64,000 nt of DNA from Candidatus Poribacteria bacterium (GCA_965242965.1 OZ251518.1:2240001-2304000); one strand, 5' to 3'. Shown: positions 49,796 through 60,188, numbered from the stretch's first letter. Made by a program: numbers and translations. Notes: generated from the sequence alone by a model not told the origin.

Positions 49796-51608
49796 GTGCC
49801 CACTCACTCGCCTTGACATAATAGAGGAATCCGATGCACATCTCATCTGTCGTCTTTTCGCCCCAGCCGACAGGGACAGGCGGTTCGTGCGGATTCACAG
49901 GATTCTCCGCGGAATTGTCAAAATGCGCCACTAACTCCACCTGCGTTCCTTCCGGCAAGAAGAGCGGTTCGCGGTAGTGGTAAATATCCTGCCAATTGAA
50001 ATCCCAATCCTGAATCCAAATCAAATCGTGCTGTTTTCCCTCTGGCGTTGTGGCGATGAGCCGCATATCCCGTCCGAGCAGATGCATGTGCGGCATTGTG
50101 GCGAGGAGATAGGCATCCCTCTTGATGCGCCGCGATGCCAACACTTCGTGCCAACTCGCGCCAGCCGGTATCTCAAATTCCGAATTAATCGCCGAGACGA
50201 TGTGCAACTCCGCTGTCTCCGGGGTTTTCGAGAAGTAGATTCCCAAACGCGACCGGTCGAATTCAGTGTGTCCCGTGCGGTAGTAATGCACCTGCATGAC
50301 GATGTCCGCGCCTTTCGGCAATAGATAGCCAACTCCCGCAGGCAGAACCGAGGGGGTTACGCCCGGAGCCCAGCCGCCAAGCGTTCCCGCATCGTCAAAA
50401 CCGGGGCCTGTGCCTTCTGTCACATAGCCCGGCTTCTCGTCTTGCGCGTCCAATTTGCGCGCCTCGCCGTTCACATCAAGGTAAGCGATGACGTGATGCA
50501 CCGTTTTCCGATTCCCCGGTTGCACGTCAACGGCTTGCACATACATATCCTGTTCAAAATCCGTCGGTATGATAAAGTGGCGATATTCGTCCTCGCCTTC
50601 CGGTCCTATCTCGTATTCCACCGGCATTTCGACAATCCAATCTGGTTCGCCGAGGGCCCAACCTTCAGGAAATTTCGGGGCAGGTGGGACTGCGTCTAGT
50701 TCTCCTGCAGGCGCGCCTGTTTCAACCCATCGAGAAATCGTCGCAATCTCGGTATCGGTGAGGCGGCGTTCGTTTTTGAAGTGTCCGTAACCGGCGGCAG
50801 GTTTCCACGGCGGCATCAACCTTGCTTTCGTGTATGCGGCAATTTCTGTCGCCCATGCCTGTGCATCGCCATAATCTACAAGTGAAAACGGCGCGACTTC
50901 GCCTTGCCGATGGCACGACTGGCATTCACGTTGCAGTATCGGCGCGATGTGCTCGCTATAGGTAACCTCCACCGGCACCCCTCGCTCAGAGATATGGAGC
51001 GTGCAACCGAACGATGGAACTTCACGAACCGACACGGGGCCGCCGTTCACCACAGCATCCAGAGCGTCTTTCAGATAGTGATGCTTCACCCGCGTCTCGT
51101 AACGGTTGTCATCAATCGGGCCTCGGTAGCGCAGCGTGCCTTCTGCATCAACGACGATGGCTTGCGGTGTCATCGTCGCACCGAGGTGGCGAGCCAGTTG
51201 TCCGGTTGCATCCTTCACAATCGGGAATGCGTAGCCCGCCTTTGCGATGTAGGTTTTTATCTCCGCTTCCGATTCGTTGGTGTTCGGATACACGGCGACA
51301 AAATGAACCTGCTTCTCGCCAAATTCGGCGTGCAAGCGATTTAACCGCACGGCGTAGCGTTGCGCGACAGGACATTCTGTCGCGAGGAACACGAACGCGA
51401 CGTTTCCTTGCGTTTGGAGCGTCTCACCTGTCAGCGTTTTGGCAGTGATATCCGCCACCTTTGTGCCGACAGGCACATCGTTTGCGTGCAGCGATGCTTC
51501 TTGGATAACGCGATGTTTATTCGTAATCGTCCATTCAGATGCCGCCTGCACGAAGCCCAGTGGCAGTGTAAGTAGCAGTAAAAAGGTTAAGAGTTGTGAT
51601 TGTTTCAT
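49791..51608 (-). CDS. Secreted redoxin + cytochrome c + copper type II ascorbate-dependent monooxygenase-like fusion
   Basis: FLATECPV and YRGPIDD...GC (redoxin); CQSCH and MPPW (heme c); VHHVI, QVHY, PHMHLLG and DEMC (Cu ligands). Confidence 0.85.
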   Translation of the reverse strand: MKQSQLLTFLLLLTLPLGFVQAASEWTITNKHRVIQEASLHANDVPVGTKVADITAKTLTGETLQTQGNVAFVFLATECPVAQRYAVRLNRLHAEFGEKQVHFVAVYPNTNESEAEIKTYIAKAGYAFPIVKDATGQLARHLGATMTPQAIVVDAEGTLRYRGPIDDNRYETRVKHHYLKDALDAVVNGGPVSVREVPSFGCTLHISERGVPVEVTYSEHIAPILQRECQSCHRQGEVAPFSLVDYGDAQAWATEIAAYTKARLMPPWKPAAGYGHFKNERRLTDTEIATISRWVETGAPAGELDAVPPAPKFPEGWALGEPDWIVEMPVEYEIGPEGEDEYRHFIIPTDFEQDMYVQAVDVQPGNRKTVHHVIAYLDVNGEARKLDAQDEKPGYVTEGTGPGFDDAGTLGGWAPGVTPSVLPAGVGYLLPKGADIVMQVHYYRTGHTEFDRSRLGIYFSKTPETAELHIVSAINSEFEIPAGASWHEVLASRRIKRDAYLLATMPHMHLLGRDMRLIATTPEGKQHDLIWIQDWDFNWQDIYHYREPLFLPEGTQVELVAHFDNSAENPVNPHEPPVPVGWGEKTTDEMCIGFLYYVKASEWAP

Positions 51609-51651
51609 GCGAATTACTTCCTCCAAAAGTTTTTTGTGTTCTCATGCAATT

Positions 51652-51680
51652 ATTATATCATAAACCGGTGGATATGTCAA
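51652..51680 (-). promoter_or_regulatory. sigma70 promoter
   Basis: Perfect TTGACA-N17-TATAAT on the minus strand. Confidence 0.8.
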
Positions 51681-51693
51681 ATGGAAAAAAGAT

Positions 51694-51722
51694 TTGCATT
51701 TTGTATCAAAATGTGGTATCAT
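51694..51722 (+). promoter_or_regulatory. Divergent sigma70-type promoter
   Basis: TTGCAT-N17-TATCAT with TG extension, directly before MITE copy D. Confidence 0.55.
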
Positions 51723-51732
51723 CTTATTAGAG

Positions 51733-52035
51733 GTCGGGGTGTTTCATAAATCGCTCAACGTCGCGGGAACAGGCCCCGCGCTGCGGTGAAAAAAACGCCG
51801 CCCCTTCATGTAGGGCGAGGGCCCTCGGATGCCACACGAGCATCCGAGCGGGTTTCCCTCGCCATGCGTTTGGCTAGCAGACCGCCTCACCCCTGTAGGT
51901 CAGGATCGCCTGATCCTGACCCGTTCGGGAGCGGGCGCTCCCGAACTACAGAGATAGGCCCGATGCTTGCTGGTATTCGCCCGCCCTCCAAGGCGGGATA
52001 AATACCGAAACGAAGTTATGAAACACCCTCATTAA
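51733..52035. mobile_element. MITE-like element copy D (inverted relative to A)
   Basis: ggggtgtttcataaatcgctcaacg ... gttatgaaacaccctcattaa. Confidence 0.78.
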
Positions 52036-52181
52036 AGGCATCACCGCGTCCAATTCAGCCGCTTCCGTGAGATAGAGCGGGTTTGGACAGGGGTAGCCAT
52101 TTTTAACGAGGAAACGATGGCAAATTCACCTAAACTACTTGGTGTTAACCACAACTTTGCCAGCGTCACAAGGAACAGATT

Positions 52182-55100
52182 ATGCCGACAGACTATAAAA
52201 ACATCAATCCAAAAATCAATCTGCGTAGTGTCTTCACGCGGCTTGCCGGGGACAAAGCGCATTTCGTCTATGAACTCATCCAGAATGCTGACGACAGCGA
52301 GAGTCAGTGTTTGGAGATGCACATGGAGACAGATTCCTTGCTAGTTTGGAATGATGGGCGCGCCTTCACCGAAAAAGATGTTCACAGCATCTGTTCAGTA
52401 GGTTCAAGTAATAAGGACCTGACCCAAATCGGTAACTTCGGCATTGGTTTCAAGGCAGTCTATAACTACACGGATCTTCCGGAAATCTACTCTGGAGAAG
52501 AGCGTTTTCGTATCCGCGACCTCACAGACCCCGAGGGTATTGATGGGGTGGATTCGTGGATTCAAACGCTGGTAGACGAAGGCAAAACAGTCTTTCGCTT
52601 GCCATTTAGAGATAGAGCAGATCTTGCTCTTCTGAGGGATCGACTCGGCAATTTCCAAAAGCGAACCCTACTCTTCCTGCGCCATCTAAAAACGGTTCGA
52701 TGGTATGACGATTGCAACGGCCGCGCGGGCTCTTATTCTTGTCATTCCCACCCTCATGGGACGGTTCAAAACGCGTCGCAAGTTGAACTAAACGTGTCAA
52801 TAAACGGTGAAAGCCGACTGCCGGAAACTTTCCTCGTCTTCCATAAAGCAGTTAAACCCCCTCAGGCGATGATTAATGAGGTTCTGCTGCAAGCGGAAGA
52901 TGACGAGGAACGAGGACGTATTGAGCGAGAATCAGACAAACAACAGCCGATTGAAGTAGCGTTTGGGCTAACTGATGCCCGAATTACATCAATGGATAGG
53001 GGTAAGTTGTTTGCCTACCTTCCAACCGACAAAGAGACGCACCTCCGATTCATCATTCAGGCACGGTACCAGACAACTCCCGCTCGTGACAATATTCCAA
53101 CGGACAGTCCATGGAATGACTGGTTAGTGCAGGAAACCGCCAATTTCCTTCCTGACATATTGGAACAGTTGAAAGCGGGAGATTTGCTGGACCCGGCATT
53201 TTTTAACGTGCTGCCTCTGGAAGAAGACAATGTGCCGTTGGAGTTTGCGCCTATCGCAACAGCAGTGCAGCAGGCGATGAAGGAGCGTCCCTTTGTCCCG
53301 ACTAAGGGCGGCGGGTATGCCAAAGCCGAAAACGTGTTCTATCCCCACGCCGAATCCCTGCAAAATCTTGTTGAATGCGATTGGATACACCCGAACAGCA
53401 ACTGGTTGCATCCTGACATCCGCGATGTAGAAGAGTTCCGTCGGTGCTTTAACCTAATGCGTGAGGCAGGCGTAAAAGAGATCAGCGTCAGTCAAGTCTT
53501 ACGTTGGCTTGAAGAGCAGTCTCCTGACTGGTTTGCCGGGAAACCTGTTGAATGGCTGCGCGCCTTGTATGCCTATTTGAACCAGCAGAAGTCTGAATCG
53601 GCACGGATAAAAAAGCTGCCTCTGGTTCGTCTCGAAAATGGACAGCACGTCTGTGCCGGCGATGAGTTGGCGTTCTTCCCTCCCGATACGGATGAGGCCC
53701 GTGAAGAAGTCGCACCGTTCATCAGCGAACTGCCTATTCTGCAGTCGGCACTCCTTGAAATTGACGGTGATGAGCATGGCGAGATGAAAACCTTCTTGAG
53801 GAAACTAGGCGTTCGGCCGTTGTCCCCAAAAGCGATGATTAGCGAATGGATTTGTCCAAAATACGATAGAGACGACAAACCTTCCGCTGCGCAAAACCGG
53901 ATGCATGTCCGTTACCTTTTTAAAGTTTGGGATAAGATTTCGGAATCAGAGCAGGTAGATATTCAGAACCTGCCGATTCTGTGGGCTTATCACGGAGAGC
54001 AACGAGAAACCGCTGATTTTGTCGTGCCTTGCGATGCCTATCTGCCGGAAGCCTACACCGGTGATGCGGATTTGGAAACCTACTTTTCCGCGTGCAACGA
54101 GGACATTTGGTTCGTAGACGGTGGGTATCTGGAGAACAACGACGCGGAAACTTGGCTCCGGTTTTTGAAAGGAATTGGTGTTAAGGATACGCCGCTGGTT
54201 ATTAAGAACTGGCCTGTCACGGACGCAAACTTTCGGAACTTTAGTCTCGACCGGGAACATACCAGGTATCCAGCCAAGCAAACTATTGAAGAATCTTACT
54301 TCCATGGTTTATTGGAAGTGTTGGATAAAATTAGCAATCACGGCGAAACAGGTTTTTCTCAAGTCCTCTGGAGAATTTTGGTTGGAGCCGTTTCAGCACA
54401 CGGCCGGGACACCTTATTCCATGTTAATTATCGTTGGTTCTTTCGCTGGGATCGATCAAAGACCTCTAGGTATCCTACACCATTCTATCGCCAACTCAAG
54501 GAAGCAGCTTGGCTTCCGGACGAACAAGGTAATCTTCGTCTTCCCTCAGAGTGTTTTGCGCCAACTCCTGAAAACCGCCGACTCCTAGGAGATAGCGTCG
54601 CTTACCTGCACCCCGAATTCGATCTTAGCGACGAAACTGCACGATGGCTGGCTGAGAAGTTGGGGGTCCATCTCAACGCAAATACCGAAAGTGTCCTCAA
54701 CTGTCTTCAAAACCTAAGTGGCACAACAGTATGCGTTAAGGATATTGAACCCCTCTATCGGTTCCTTGAACAACGGCAGCGCGCACGTCCACGCGAAAGC
54801 TTCCAAGAAAAACCTCTCATCTTCGCTCCGAATCCAGAACCACGCTGGTGGCGAGCGGATGAAGTGTTTTGGGAAAAGGAGGATTTAGTCTTCGGTAACG
54901 CTCGGGGGTACCTATCAGAACATTATCCGGAGATGCTAAAGCCGTTTTTCACCGCACTGGGAGTTTCGGAACGAGCTGCTCCGTTGGACTATGTCCGCCG
55001 CATCCAAGAAGTCACGGACAAAGAAGACGCTAACGATGCGGAAGTTCGCGAGCGGGTTCAGACGCTTTACCGGCGACTCTGGCAGTCTTTACAAGAAGGC

Positions 55101-56342
55101 GAAAATTGGACAGAAGACGAAGAATGGGAGCAGGCCCGCGATGGCAAATGTTGGCTCGGTAAGCAGGGAGACGAATGGGGATTTTTCCCCGCCGATGAAT
55201 TGGTTTGGAACAATCACGCTTATTTCGCCGAGCTTTTTGAAGGCAAGGTTCCATTTTGGACGTTTCCCGATGATTTACGTGCGCTTGCGGAGCATCTAAA
55301 CGTAGAACCTTGTTCTCAAGCCAATGTTGCTTTTCGCCCTTCCGGCGATGAAGAAAAAGACGACGACTGGTCGAAGAGGGTGCGAAATTTGCTCGCGGAC
55401 ATTCAGGTTTTCTTTGAATCACCACTTCTATGTGGGGAGGATAAGTCTGCTGAAGTTTTAAACAGCGTGTCGGTTTGCTTAACTGAAGAACTCATGGTAA
55501 CTTACACGTTGAAAGGCACGCCTGTTACCGATCAAGAAAATCCGCGCCAGAGTTTTTTGGACACGACAGGGCACGCCGAGACGCTCTGGCTAGGCCTCGG
55601 GGCCGACGAAGACGAATACGCCGAACTTATCGGGGATGCCTTACAGGATTATTTTGATGTCCAAGAGTTGCGGGGGTTTGTTGAGGATTTACTCACAAAA
55701 TCCCGCGACAAGGTGCTTGCTCGCTGGAAACAGCGCGGACTTCAGACAGATCTTTGTGCATCTCCCTCGGATCCAGATCCTGAAGATGCTGCAGAGGAAC
55801 CGCCAGAAACGTTTAAAGAACCCGAAAGTGAATATCCGCAACCTGCACCGGATGAATCTGAACCGAGCCCGGAGGACCCAAGTTCGCCGGGAGGCCAGAG
55901 ACACGGCGGTGCCGGTAGGAAAAGCAGAATTTTTGGCGTAGTACCCCAGGTCCCCTCGCCTCCCCACTATCGGCCAGGCAGTGGCGGGGGAGGCGAGGGA
56001 CCAGAACATTATGAACTAAAAACTTACCTCGCGGATAATCCCTCTCTCTTTGGAGAAGGGTTGGAATTGGTTGCCGTCGAGTATACGTTTCCATCAAACG
56101 ATCGAGTGGACATCTTATTTGAGGATGCCGCAGGAACTCCTGTCACCGTAGAGGTAGAAACAGACCAGCCTGCCAGCGGAATTTGGCAAGCCGTGAAGTA
56201 TAAACATCTTGCCGCCGTTGAATACGGGATACCGTGTGAGCAAGTCCGCAGCATCCTCGCCGCGCCAGTAATCTCCGAGGATATTAAGCAGAAGTGCAAA
56301 CGATTGGGAATTGAGCCTATTGAGGTCTCTTGTAAATCCTGA
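52182..56342 (+). CDS. Sacsin/No-vein-like GHKL ATPase protein with C-terminal NucS-like nuclease domain
   Basis: ELIQNADD, WNDGRAFT, IGNFGIGFKAVY, TVFRLP and LFAYLPT; tail LK.YLADNP..GL.LV.VEY.F...RVDILF.D...VEVE...Q..KY. Confidence 0.85.
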   Translation: MPTDYKNINPKINLRSVFTRLAGDKAHFVYELIQNADDSESQCLEMHMETDSLLVWNDGRAFTEKDVHSICSVGSSNKDLTQIGNFGIGFKAVYNYTDLPEIYSGEERFRIRDLTDPEGIDGVDSWIQTLVDEGKTVFRLPFRDRADLALLRDRLGNFQKRTLLFLRHLKTVRWYDDCNGRAGSYSCHSHPHGTVQNASQVELNVSINGESRLPETFLVFHKAVKPPQAMINEVLLQAEDDEERGRIERESDKQQPIEVAFGLTDARITSMDRGKLFAYLPTDKETHLRFIIQARYQTTPARDNIPTDSPWNDWLVQETANFLPDILEQLKAGDLLDPAFFNVLPLEEDNVPLEFAPIATAVQQAMKERPFVPTKGGGYAKAENVFYPHAESLQNLVECDWIHPNSNWLHPDIRDVEEFRRCFNLMREAGVKEISVSQVLRWLEEQSPDWFAGKPVEWLRALYAYLNQQKSESARIKKLPLVRLENGQHVCAGDELAFFPPDTDEAREEVAPFISELPILQSALLEIDGDEHGEMKTFLRKLGVRPLSPKAMISEWICPKYDRDDKPSAAQNRMHVRYLFKVWDKISESEQVDIQNLPILWAYHGEQRETADFVVPCDAYLPEAYTGDADLETYFSACNEDIWFVDGGYLENNDAETWLRFLKGIGVKDTPLVIKNWPVTDANFRNFSLDREHTRYPAKQTIEESYFHGLLEVLDKISNHGETGFSQVLWRILVGAVSAHGRDTLFHVNYRWFFRWDRSKTSRYPTPFYRQLKEAAWLPDEQGNLRLPSECFAPTPENRRLLGDSVAYLHPEFDLSDETARWLAEKLGVHLNANTESVLNCLQNLSGTTVCVKDIEPLYRFLEQRQRARPRESFQEKPLIFAPNPEPRWWRADEVFWEKEDLVFGNARGYLSEHYPEMLKPFFTALGVSERAAPLDYVRRIQEVTDKEDANDAEVRERVQTLYRRLWQSLQEGENWTEDEEWEQARDGKCWLGKQGDEWGFFPADELVWNNHAYFAELFEGKVPFWTFPDDLRALAEHLNVEPCSQANVAFRPSGDEEKDDDWSKRVRNLLADIQVFFESPLLCGEDKSAEVLNSVSVCLTEELMVTYTLKGTPVTDQENPRQSFLDTTGHAETLWLGLGADEDEYAELIGDALQDYFDVQELRGFVEDLLTKSRDKVLARWKQRGLQTDLCASPSDPDPEDAAEEPPETFKEPESEYPQPAPDESEPSPEDPSSPGGQRHGGAGRKSRIFGVVPQVPSPPHYRPGSGGGGEGPEHYELKTYLADNPSLFGEGLELVAVEYTFPSNDRVDILFEDAAGTPVTVEVETDQPASGIWQAVKYKHLAAVEYGIPCEQVRSILAAPVISEDIKQKCKRLGIEPIEVSCKS

Positions 56343-56364
56343 TTCAGACAGTTTTCGCGAAGAT

Positions 56365-56656
56365 CGTTGCACGGCGAGGGACAGGCCCTCGCCCTACGGT
56401 ATCCTGACGCGAAGATCGTTGCATGGCGAGGGACAGGCCCTCGCCCTACGATATCCCGACGCATTGGGCGGCCACGGCGAGGGACAGGCCCTCGCCATAC
56501 GATACTGAAAATGCCCCCCAAATACGGAGCGCGGGGACCCTCGGATGCCATACGCGCATCCGAGAGGGTTTCCCCCGCAATGCCGCCGATCCAAAATACG
56601 GAGCGCGGGGGCCCTCGGATGCCATACGCGCATCCGAGCGGGTTTCCCCCGCGATG
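56365..56656. repeat. GTAG-REP tandem cluster
   Basis: Three copies of ggcgagggacaggccctcgcc.tacg and two copies of a ~77-bp unit containing ctcggatgccatacgcgcatccgag. Confidence 0.88.
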
Positions 56657-56684
56657 CCTCCACCTTACAAACACCTGATAGCGG

Positions 56685-59600
56685 TTAAGGATTATCCAAT
56701 TCTTCCAATATTTGCTGCACCAGCATCCGAAGCCGCTCATCTTTTGAGGGACGCTCCGCCTCCGGAGTCGGCGGCGTTGCAATAGATGGGGATGCCGCTT
56801 GTCCTAAAAACATCTGCTGGATTGCGCCTTCAAACGACGTATCCCACGCGAGTGCTTTGTTTGCTGCCTTGACGACTACTGCTTCTAGCTTCGGCCGGTT
56901 CTGCACCGGGTCGTTGCCGTTATCTTCCTCTGCCTGCGCATCTTTTTTCGGGACGGTGTAAATCGGCTCAACGTAAAAGATACCCTCCTCAATTGGGATA
57001 ACGTGCAGATTGCCGCGGATGACATCGTTCGCCTTCTCCCATTCAAGGAAACTGCGGGAAAGATGCTTATTAATATCGTCTTCCACCTGCTTAGGTCCCT
57101 CAACACTCACCTGGTTAGACAAAATATAGACGATGCGTTCTCCGTAGTGCGGTGCATCGCAGCGCGCCACCATCCACGCCTTCATATAGTTCACTTTCCT
57201 CGGCGGCGTAAAGGGAATGACGTTGACAAACTCCATCTTCTCCTCGCCCGGCAGCTTGAGCATCGCATAGTAGGGCATCATCTCCTGGTCTGGCACAGCG
57301 GAATAATATGCCTCTTTCGGGATTTTCCACTGCTTATCCTTGTCATAAAAGGTTTTCGCATCACGGACGTGATAGTCGCCATACATTTTCGCTTGGATGC
57401 GGGTGAGGTAATCGGGGAAGCGGAGATGCGCCTGCAACCCAGCCGGCATCTCGTCTATCGTTTTGAATAACTTCGGGAACGCGCGCCGATAGGCATCCGT
57501 AATCCACTCATCGTCCTTAATCGCGTAGAAATTCACCTCGCCGGTGTAGGCGTTGACAACCGTCACCCCCGCGTTCCTGATGTAATTGAATTTCTTAAAC
57601 CGCGGTTCCGCATATAACTCACTATCGGGGAGCAGCGAGGTATCGTCTTTGTAAAATTGCGCGTTCGGGTAATGCCGACTGGTGACGTAGAAATCGATAA
57701 TCCAATAGAGGTTACCGTCGTTGATGACAATATAAGGGTCTGCATCATAGTTAAGAAACGGCGCGATATGCGACAGCCGATCGGTGACAACGCGATTCCC
57801 CTGACGCGTGCCGATCTTCCGCCAGAACATAATCCGGCTCTCCGGTGTAATCGCAGGTTGGCGCAGGATACGGAAGAAGTCAAACCGCAGCGCGAAACAG
57901 AACCGTCGAAACCACCCACTTAACGCGACACCGCCGCTGCCATCGTAGTGATACGTCCCCTCCAGATAAGGCGGCGTGTGCCATTCTTCGGAATCCAGCA
58001 GCTGGTTGAGTTGTGAGTCGCCCGTTCCTAAATCGACTTTCCGGGTGACGTTATGCTCACTCTCGCGAGTGTTCGCGATGACATAGTCCTGCGTCATCTC
58101 GCCGTAATAGATGCGCGGTTGGGAGACGTTCAACTGCGCTGTATAAGCACGTTTGATTTTGATGGGCACATCCTTCACCCATAAATTGGGCAACCCTGTC
58201 CCTTCCAGAAATTCGTTAACCGGGGCGACGCAAACTCCGTAGCCGTGCGTAAAGGTTAGTTTCAGTTTGGACCATTCCTTTGTATCAGGGCTCGGTTCTC
58301 GCGCGGCGATGAGGACTTGTCGGTATTGTGCTGACACATCGCGAGGGACAGGCCCTCGCGCTACGGATTCAGATGTTTCTGGCAGTTCGCGAGGGACAGG
58401 CTCTCGCGCTACGGAATCAGGTGTTTCCGGCACATCGCGAGGGACAGGCTCCTGCTCTACGGAACCAGGCGTTTCTGGCATCGCGCTTCCATCACCAATC
58501 CGATACCTATCGACATCGGTATACGGATGAAAGTCGTGATGCACCTCAATCTGAGCATCGCGGAGGACGTTATAGAGGACGCGCCTGTCCCAAAGTTGGA
58601 TATTCGCCTTGACTTCTTCGTTGCGGTTGATTATCTCCAGCGTCGCCTCGCCTTTCTCATAATCCTTTTCGACGATGCTGTCCAGGTCAAACGCGTTGCG
58701 CGTGTATTCAATGTGCTGAGCGATGTGAGGTGCCTCTTTGGCGGCAGGCGTGTTTCGGACATCCCACCAATACACGGCGAGCGGATAGGCGTGAATCAGC
58801 ACGCCGTAACCGACAAGCCACATCCCTGCGGTGGCATACCACAAAATCCGTTTCCGCCAAAAGAGATTCAGCAGCACCGCAACGCCGACTCCGAGGAGGA
58901 TGCCACAATAAAGCCGAGTCGCGCCTTCAAATTGGACATCAACGTAGAAGAGTCCATGAACAGTGGTAAGTCCCTCCGAAAACGGAGTTGTGTAGACTTT
59001 GTTCCATAGATTAACGAAACTGCGCCATATCCCTGTTGCGAGCAACATGAGCCATAGCATGGAGCCGTGGATGACGATATATTTCTTGACGCGCGTCATC
59101 GTGCGCGCATCGCGCCGATAGTAGAAATTGTAAAGCAACCCGACAACTGCACACGTTACCCACAGCAGTGCCTTTACCCAGAGACTTACCCACTGATGAA
59201 CGGGGAAGTTGAAGAGATAGAAACCTACCGGGTTGCCGAATATAGTGTCGCTTTCCGGGGCAGCTGCATCGTCCGCAAGTTCAAGAGGGACAGGCACTTG
59301 CGCTACGGAATCAGGCATTTTCTCGATAGGGCGATACAGGTAACGGATGGCGGCATCGTCTAAGAGTAACATCGGCACAGCCAATACCACCGCGGCGAAA
59401 AAGATAAGGCAAAAAACGGTCCAGTGGAAAGAGACGGTGCGGGTGTGCGTCCATCGCCGAAATTCGCGCGATTCCGGGCAGAGGCGATTGGCGATGGCGG
59501 CGTTCGCGTTCATAAAACCGAGTGCCACGAGGAAAAATATGCCGAAGATGCCCCAGCGCGTCTGATGAAGTTTCCAGAAGACATCAACGTATCCGACGCT

Positions 59601-59816
59601 TTCAAACCAGAGATGTTCGGTATAGAGATAGGCGAGCGGCACGATGTTGCTGATGGCGATGATACCGCTGAGCCCCCACAGCAGGTATGCCTGCAGTTTG
59701 GCGGCACCGCGGCGGTGCCTGTCCTTCCGACGATACAGGAAAATTCCCCCGACGAACGTAACGATGCCGAGGAGGCTGCTGATGAGTATTTGTGAGATGG
59801 CGAAGTTGACTGACAT
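56685..59816 (-). CDS. UPF0182 family membrane protein
   Basis: LWFESVGY..VF, GFYLF..P, NI.LWD, DVDRY, THGYG, PRIYYGE, FNYIRN, VNAYTG, PYYAM and VIRGNL.VIP. Confidence 0.92.
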   Translation of the reverse strand: MSVNFAISQILISSLLGIVTFVGGIFLYRRKDRHRRGAAKLQAYLLWGLSGIIAISNIVPLAYLYTEHLWFESVGYVDVFWKLHQTRWGIFGIFFLVALGFMNANAAIANRLCPESREFRRWTHTRTVSFHWTVFCLIFFAAVVLAVPMLLLDDAAIRYLYRPIEKMPDSVAQVPVPLELADDAAAPESDTIFGNPVGFYLFNFPVHQWVSLWVKALLWVTCAVVGLLYNFYYRRDARTMTRVKKYIVIHGSMLWLMLLATGIWRSFVNLWNKVYTTPFSEGLTTVHGLFYVDVQFEGATRLYCGILLGVGVAVLLNLFWRKRILWYATAGMWLVGYGVLIHAYPLAVYWWDVRNTPAAKEAPHIAQHIEYTRNAFDLDSIVEKDYEKGEATLEIINRNEEVKANIQLWDRRVLYNVLRDAQIEVHHDFHPYTDVDRYRIGDGSAMPETPGSVEQEPVPRDVPETPDSVAREPVPRELPETSESVARGPVPRDVSAQYRQVLIAAREPSPDTKEWSKLKLTFTHGYGVCVAPVNEFLEGTGLPNLWVKDVPIKIKRAYTAQLNVSQPRIYYGEMTQDYVIANTRESEHNVTRKVDLGTGDSQLNQLLDSEEWHTPPYLEGTYHYDGSGGVALSGWFRRFCFALRFDFFRILRQPAITPESRIMFWRKIGTRQGNRVVTDRLSHIAPFLNYDADPYIVINDGNLYWIIDFYVTSRHYPNAQFYKDDTSLLPDSELYAEPRFKKFNYIRNAGVTVVNAYTGEVNFYAIKDDEWITDAYRRAFPKLFKTIDEMPAGLQAHLRFPDYLTRIQAKMYGDYHVRDAKTFYDKDKQWKIPKEAYYSAVPDQEMMPYYAMLKLPGEEKMEFVNVIPFTPPRKVNYMKAWMVARCDAPHYGERIVYILSNQVSVEGPKQVEDDINKHLSRSFLEWEKANDVIRGNLHVIPIEEGIFYVEPIYTVPKKDAQAEEDNGNDPVQNRPKLEAVVVKAANKALAWDTSFEGAIQQMFLGQAASPSIATPPTPEAERPSKDERLRMLVQQILEELDNP

Positions 59817-59876
59817 TTTTTATTTTTCCAAAGGGAGTCGGACGCAATAACGGTTCCGCATCAGAACAATCTCATT

Positions 59877-60188
59877 TATACGAGGGTGTTTCATAACTCG
59901 CTCAACGTCGCGGGGGAACCCGCTCGGATGCGCGTGTGGCATCCGAGGGCCCCGCGCTGCGGTGAAAAAAACGCTTCCCCTTCACGTAGGGCTGTAGGAA
60001 AACCTGTCCCTCGTCATGCGTTTGGCTGGCAGACTGCATCACCCCTGTAGGTCAAGATCGCCTGATCTTGACCCGTTCGGGATCAGGCGATCCCGAACTA
60101 CAGAGATGGGCCCAATGCCTTCTGGTATTCGCTCGCCCTCCAAGGCAGGATAAATACCGAAACGGAGTTATGAAACACCCTCATTTAT
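59877..60188. mobile_element. MITE-like element copy E
   Basis: gagggtgtttcataa ... ttatgaaacaccctc is a perfect 15-bp TIR; the interior resembles copy D. Confidence 0.8.
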
